Source of the DNA: Octopus bimaculoides
Taxonomy: Eukaryota
DNA length: 64,000 bases
Assembly: GCF_001194135.2 (NCBI RefSeq)
Contig: NC_069001.1
Span: 25,085,542 to 25,149,541 of the forward strand
Direction: 5' to 3'
The notes beneath the pieces were generated by a model that did not search any database, was not told where the DNA came from, and saw only the letters and a list, made by a program, of their open reading frames with translations. Positions 62,851-64,000 of the stretch are shown one piece after another. Numbering within the stretch: position 1 is the stretch's first letter; the number at the start of each line of letters is the position of its first letter. The position numbers and the translations under genes are program-made.

Positions 62851-63784
62851 ACTTTAAGTTCGTTCACTCTGTGCGAGCATTGCTCAGTTTCTTGTAATAG
62901 ATTTTGCCAACATCATTTCACGGAAAATAAGAGATGGAAATTACTGAGCTATTTGCCGTATATCATACGTACATATAGCTTATCTAAAATTTAGAATCAT
63001 GAATATTACAGCTCTTAGTTGAAAGCTGAATCATAATTTCCAGTGCTCAATTGTTGCTTGTTGCGAAAACTTATTGACCATAGCTATTGTGCATAGCTAT
63101 CGATGATTATAGACAAAATTACATGAACCTTTCTAAAAATACACAAATTAGATATAAAATGTATTATAGCGAATATGTTCGAGGTCTAAGACAGCTACAA
63201 ATGTTATGAAAAAGATATAATGAAACGAAGCGCCACATGTACAAACCAAGCCTTAAACTGAAACAAACAACATATTACTAAATGCAAATCTCCCGAACAT
63301 CTTTATCGGCATCTTCCTCCGTATATGCAAACGGGATTAGGTATAAACAATGTCTTATAATTCTTAACTTTCATCTGTTCATTGCGAATGCCCGTTTATG
63401 AGATTGCTAGTGGAAAAGTTTACTAAATAAATTTACAAGATTTCAGATAAAAATTGTGAATGGAGAGTTATGTATGGAGAGTTTTGGTCAAGTATACCAA
63501 AAATTAGGCGACAAATTGTGCGCATAATTCCTATGTGAGGAGATAGTTTTATATAGGATTAAACATTCGTTCATTTCTATGTATATTTGAATATGCACTA
63601 TATCACACATCATTATACAAGAATAGATAGAAGAAAAATAATAGACAAGACTACTATTATATATGTAATAGTGAACAAAAATATAGGAGCAATTATGATA
63701 GTAATACTCATATCACAAGATCAAAGCTAAAATAATTATTGAAAGTGAATTCATCAGGATATCGAAAACTACTATATGTATGTG

Positions 63785-63790
63785 TGTCTG

Positions 63791-63858
<68 letters not shown>

Positions 63859-63915
63859 GCTATCTATCTATCTATCTTTCTATCTATCTATCTATCTACC
63901 TATCTTTCTATCTAT
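63785..63915. repeat. (TATC)n microsatellite
   Basis: Read directly. Other (TATC)n tracts lie at 13438-13487, 15322-15388 and 40040-40122. Confidence 0.97.
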
Positions 63916-64000
63916 CTCTCTCTCTTTGTATTTGTATATGTATATATATATACATACACGTGTGTGTGTGTGTGTTGCAACATTTTCAATAATTGTTAAC

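Overview
AT-rich, repeat-dense animal genomic DNA with 16 N-gaps, nearly all abutting (TA)n/(TG)n/(TATC)n/(AAT)n microsatellites. The SINE repertoire and microsatellite load point to an octopus (coleoid cephalopod) short-read assembly; this is an inference from recognised repeat sequence. No host protein-coding exon could be supported, and there is no rRNA, true tRNA or CRISPR array. The window is intronic/intergenic and made of decayed mobile elements: two Penelope-like (PLE) RT remnants with a shared terminal repeat carrying a degenerate hammerhead-like motif (plus a solo copy), two mariner transposase pseudogenes, R4/Dong-like RLE non-LTR remnants, an internally deleted Helitron retaining both apparent termini, several old RTE-like LINE fragments, at least four SINE families, a ~550-bp non-coding element found twice inside (AAT)n arrays, and four TIR/foldback (MITE-like) elements. 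The most interesting observations are a possible (AAT)n-targeted autonomous/non-autonomous retroelement pair, a non-canonical hammerhead-like core in the PLE terminal repeats, a nested TIR element whose empty site is visible elsewhere in the window, and two long palindromes. I see no evidence here for a new host gene system.
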